This document shows positions 60,758 to 64,000 of a stretch of DNA of 64,000 nt, piece by piece; position 1 is the first letter of the stretch; the number at the start of each line of letters is the position of its first letter. The position numbers and the translations under genes were made by a program. The stretch is taken from the NCBI GenBank assembly GCA_963719515.1, contig CAVRCJ010000010.1:800001-864000 (forward strand). Reading direction: 5' to 3'. The notes under the pieces were generated by a model. That model was not told the origin of the DNA. It searched no databases and saw only the letters and a program-made list of their open reading frames with translations. This DNA comes from an uncultured cyanobacterium (GTDB lineage Bacteria > Cyanobacteriota > Cyanobacteriia > CAKZMO01).

Positions 60758-61492
60758 CTAGAGCGCCCGGCCCAGAAAGGAGATCGCCTCTCCCCAAGCG
60801 ATGTCGGTAGCCACGGAATCATAGCGATAGCCGTCGTCCCGCATGAAGGTGTGGTTGGTCTCATACAGCAGCGTCTCGTGCCGGGTGCCCGCCTTGTCCA
60901 GGGCCTTGAGAATGGCCTCTCGTCCCTCAGAGGGAACATGGGGGTCTAAGGTGCCAAAAATTGTGAGCACCTCTCCTTTGATTTCGCCGACCCGCTCTAG
61001 GGTATCGGCTACCCCACGCCCCAGCTTGCCGCTGTGAATTCCGGTCGGGTAGATGCACACGGCAGCCTTGACCCAACTTTGCAGCGCCGCTCGAAAAGCC
61101 AAATGCCCACCGATGCAAAAGCCAAAGGTGCCTAGCCTATCGACCATCACCCGCTCGTCGCTCGCCAGCCACCCCAACACCGCCCCGGTGTCGGCGTCAT
61201 ACTCGGCGATCGCGGTCCGTCGAGCATCGTCGTTGCCCCGCAGCTTTCCAATGTCAGTCGGCTCAATCACTGCGCCAACGGGCTCTAACCGGTGGAAGAT
61301 TTCCGGGGCCGCCACCACGTAACCGTAGCCTGCAAGACGATTGGCGAGCCGGGTGATGGGGCCCCCTAGCTGATAAATATCTGAATAGAACAAAATTCCG
61401 GGATAGTGCCCTACAGGTTCTGGGGCGGCGACATAAACCCGCATGAGGCTATCGTCTACGGTCAAGCCGACGTTGCTTGTTGTAATCTGCAT
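60758..61492 (-). CDS. Dienelactone hydrolase family protein
   Basis: YSDIYQ, GFCIGGH, HTFMRD. Confidence 0.9.
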   Translation of the reverse strand: MQITTSNVGLTVDDSLMRVYVAAPEPVGHYPGILFYSDIYQLGGPITRLANRLAGYGYVVAAPEIFHRLEPVGAVIEPTDIGKLRGNDDARRTAIAEYDADTGAVLGWLASDERVMVDRLGTFGFCIGGHLAFRAALQSWVKAAVCIYPTGIHSGKLGRGVADTLERVGEIKGEVLTIFGTLDPHVPSEGREAILKALDKAGTRHETLLYETNHTFMRDDGYRYDSVATDIAWGEAISFLGRAL

Positions 61493-61518
61493 AATGTCCC
61501 CTTAATTCCTTGACCCTC

Positions 61519-61878
61519 ATGACGCTTCATGTCTACGGTATTCCTAACTGCGGCACCTGCAAAAAGGCTATGGCCTGGCTTGAGAGCAGCGACATCCCCT
61601 ATGAGTTTATCAACACTAAAGAACAGCCTCCTGAGCAGGAGGAAATTCGGCAGTGGGTGGCGGACATCGGCTCAAAACCCCTGCGCAATACCTCTGGCCA
61701 AAGCTACCGCGCTTTAGGGGAGACCCGCAGCACCTGGAGCGACGAGCAGTGGGTGGAGGCGTTTTCTCAAGACGTCATGCTGCTAAAGCGCCCGCTGTGG
61801 GTGAGAGACGGAAAGGCGCTGATGGCAGGGTTCCGGGGCAGTGAGGAGAAGACTCGCGAGACGCTGGGGCTAGACTAG
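61519..61878 (+). CDS. ArsC/Spx/MgsR family protein
   Basis: YGIPNCGTCKKA, NTSGQSYR, LLKRP. Confidence 0.9.
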   Translation: MTLHVYGIPNCGTCKKAMAWLESSDIPYEFINTKEQPPEQEEIRQWVADIGSKPLRNTSGQSYRALGETRSTWSDEQWVEAFSQDVMLLKRPLWVRDGKALMAGFRGSEEKTRETLGLD

Positions 61879-61961
61879 CTCGTTTGCCAATAGGCTGGCT
61901 GTGCTTTCAGCGACTAAGCTCATTTAAGTTGAGGTCTTGCCCCAACGTCCCGACCCTCAGT

Positions 61962-62026
61962 CGCAGTATTTAATCGCAATGCTCAATGGCAATATTCAGT
62001 CGTAATGTTCAATCGTAATGTTCAAT
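61962..62026 (+). repeat. Five tandem 13-bp units (CGTAATGTTCAAT) overlapping a start codon
   Basis: Units start at 61962, 61975, 61988, 62001 and 62014. Confidence 0.8.
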
Positions 62027-62695
62027 CGCGCCGTATTTCGGACCGGACTGCTCAGCGTAGGCGTCTGGTGTAGCCTACAGCCTTTGGCGATCGCCAGCTC
62101 ACAATCCCTAGTGGATGAAGTGGTGGACCACCTGACGGGCGTTCTAGATACCACGGAGCAGGCCCGCCGGCACCCCGAGCAGCCTGCAGTACAGATGACG
62201 ACCTGCCGTATTGACGTCGCCGTTGACGACTCTATGACCGGCAGCGCGACGTTCCTTTACCAAGAGCAGGCCCTTGCCGCATCTCTGGCTCAGCCATACC
62301 GGCAGCGCCTGCTGCAGATTGCCCCCCTGCCGGGCCTGATCTCTGGCGGCTTCGTGGAATCAATAAGCTACCGCCCTCTTGAGACAGAGGCCTTAGTCGG
62401 GCTGTGCGATCGCCCCCTCGCCGAGCGATCGCTATCTTTTAGTCAAATCGGTGAAGTCACCTGCCGCGTTTTCCTCACCCCCGTCCCAGAGGGCTTTCGC
62501 GGGGTAACGGCTTCGGAGGGCTGCCCAACTGACGTGCGGGGAGCCGTTCGCGTCACTAACGAAATCCTGCTGCACAACCGGGGGATGGACACTTGGGACC
62601 GAGGATTTGACGCGGCAGGGCAGCAGGTATGGGGGGCCACCACCGACCCCTACCAATTTCGCCGGCAAAATTCTGATAGTGATGAGGAGCTATAG
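62018..62695 (+). CDS. CpcT/CpeT-family chromophore lyase-like protein
   Basis: YQEQA, PYRQR, WDRGFDAAGQQVWG, PYQFRR. Confidence 0.85.
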   Translation: MFNRAVFRTGLLSVGVWCSLQPLAIASSQSLVDEVVDHLTGVLDTTEQARRHPEQPAVQMTTCRIDVAVDDSMTGSATFLYQEQALAASLAQPYRQRLLQIAPLPGLISGGFVESISYRPLETEALVGLCDRPLAERSLSFSQIGEVTCRVFLTPVPEGFRGVTASEGCPTDVRGAVRVTNEILLHNRGMDTWDRGFDAAGQQVWGATTDPYQFRRQNSDSDEEL

Positions 62696-63373
62696 ATGCT
62701 AGTCAACGTCTCGGACACCAAGACCCAGGGCCTCAGGCTGTTCTTAGACACCGCCGACGCCGAGCAGTGGGCGACTTGGCTTTCCACTGGCCTCTTTTAT
62801 GGCGTGACAACAAATCCGCTGCTGCTGCAGCGGGCAAATTTGGACTGCTCTATTGAGCAGCTCGGACTGCTCGTCGACAAAGCGCTGTCCTATGGGGTAC
62901 GCGAAATTCACCTGCAAACCTGGGGCAGCGCCATGGCGGAAACGGGTCTGGCGCTGGCAAGGCTAAACGATCGCGTCGTGGTAAAGGTGCCGCTGACCCA
63001 AACCGGCGTGGAGGCTGCCGCTAAGCTCTCTAAAGACAGCCCCATTACGCTGACTGCGGCCTACTATGCCCATCAGGCTCTCGTAGGAGCAGCCCTAGGC
63101 GCTGCCTACGTTGCCCCCTATCTAGGTCGCCTCACCGACGCAGGCCAAGATGGACGCGAGATAGTCGCAGCAATGCAGCGATCGCTCACGGCGCTCAACA
63201 GCGATACCCGGCTGCTCGTCGCCAGCATTCGGCAGGTGGCAGATCTGACGGTACTCTCGCAGCAGGGGCTCAATACGTTCACAATTTCTCCAGCGATCGC
63301 TCAAGCGCTGTTTTCAGTGCCCCTGACCGAGAAGGCCGCCGCCGATTTTGAGGCCGCTGCTGACGCCAGCTAG
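62696..63373 (+). CDS. Transaldolase / fructose-6-phosphate aldolase family protein
   Basis: LFLDTAD, GVTTNP, VVKVP, YVAPYLGR, ASIR. Confidence 0.88.
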   Translation: MLVNVSDTKTQGLRLFLDTADAEQWATWLSTGLFYGVTTNPLLLQRANLDCSIEQLGLLVDKALSYGVREIHLQTWGSAMAETGLALARLNDRVVVKVPLTQTGVEAAAKLSKDSPITLTAAYYAHQALVGAALGAAYVAPYLGRLTDAGQDGREIVAAMQRSLTALNSDTRLLVASIRQVADLTVLSQQGLNTFTISPAIAQALFSVPLTEKAAADFEAAADAS

Positions 63374-63382
63374 AGTTTGTTT

Positions 63383-63619
63383 CTAGACTTTGTTTAGGTT
63401 GATGCCGGCTTCGCGGGCCATAGCCTCGATGCCGCGATTCTTGAGGGTTTTAATGGCTTTGGTCGATAGGCGCAGCTTCACCCAGCGATTGCCTTGAGGC
63501 CACCAAACGCGCTTGCTCTGCAGGTTGACGCCCTGCAGCTTTTTTGTGCGACGGTGGGAGTGGGATACAGCAAAGGCATTGTTTGCCTTTTTCCCCGTGA
63601 GTGTACATCTACGAGCCAT
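63383..63619 (-). CDS. rpmB: 50S ribosomal protein L28
   Basis: [14 protein letters not shown]...[11 protein letters not shown]. Confidence 0.97.
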   Translation of the reverse strand: MARRCTLTGKKANNAFAVSHSHRRTKKLQGVNLQSKRVWWPQGNRWVKLRLSTKAIKTLKNRGIEAMAREAGINLNKV

Positions 63620-64000
63620 GGCGGTCTCCGGTTCAACAAAACAGCACGGTCTAAAATTATAGACGATTCTTGTAGCAGATTGGTGTTAGAAATGCGCTGC
63701 CCTAACCGACTCTCGACTTGAGAGGCTAGCTGGTATTGGACGGTGGGTCTAGCTCCAAGCCTTCAATTGTGAGAGTAAGCAGACAGTTTTAACTATCGAA
63801 TTGCACGTAGTAAGTTGAGAGCCCGTAAACCATTGAAAAGCGCTTACGGGTAGCAAGCGCTCTCAGTATATCTATGGGAGCTTCTAGGAAAGGCTATGTC
63901 CTAGCGACCGAACAGCAAACTCGAAAACCAATAGTGGGATCCCGGAGGTCGGCCCCGCGCTTGCCACGGCACGCAGAGCGGCAAGGCCTAGGAATGAGAT

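Noticed and set aside
63620..64000. Gene or RNA at the right edge of the window
   Set aside because: No supportable ORF or RNA motif in the visible sequence

Overview
Cyanobacterial chromosome segment: dense HIP1 GCGATCGC octamers, psbZ, crtW and homogentisate phytyltransferase, with roughly 55-60% GC by eye. Most of it is housekeeping: glgA, truB, leuC/leuD, rnz, hpt-cobA/hemD-coaE, CIRCE-groEL2, selD-selU, psbZ-ribH, rpmB. Four accessory loci stand out. (1) A CHAT(caspase-like)-TIR gene joined to a downstream P-loop ATPase ORF by what looks like a complete programmed -1 ribosomal frameshift cassette (internal SD, A_AAA_AAG, stop, predicted H-type pseudoknot). It lies near a VapC module and a frameshifted membrane-anchored ATPase, suggesting a conflict/defence system with two isoforms. 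(2) Two non-autonomous IS200/IS605-type elements with matching ends, a shared TTAG target and internal promoters but different non-coding cargo (candidate stand-alone omegaRNA/guide cassettes). (3) A four-gene putative copper island with a 1642-aa MnxG-like multicopper oxidase. (4) A DUF2231-DUF2231-CuA-less heme-copper oxidase-GMC operon interrupted by nested miniature repeats. All calls are from reading the sequence by eye; no searches were run.
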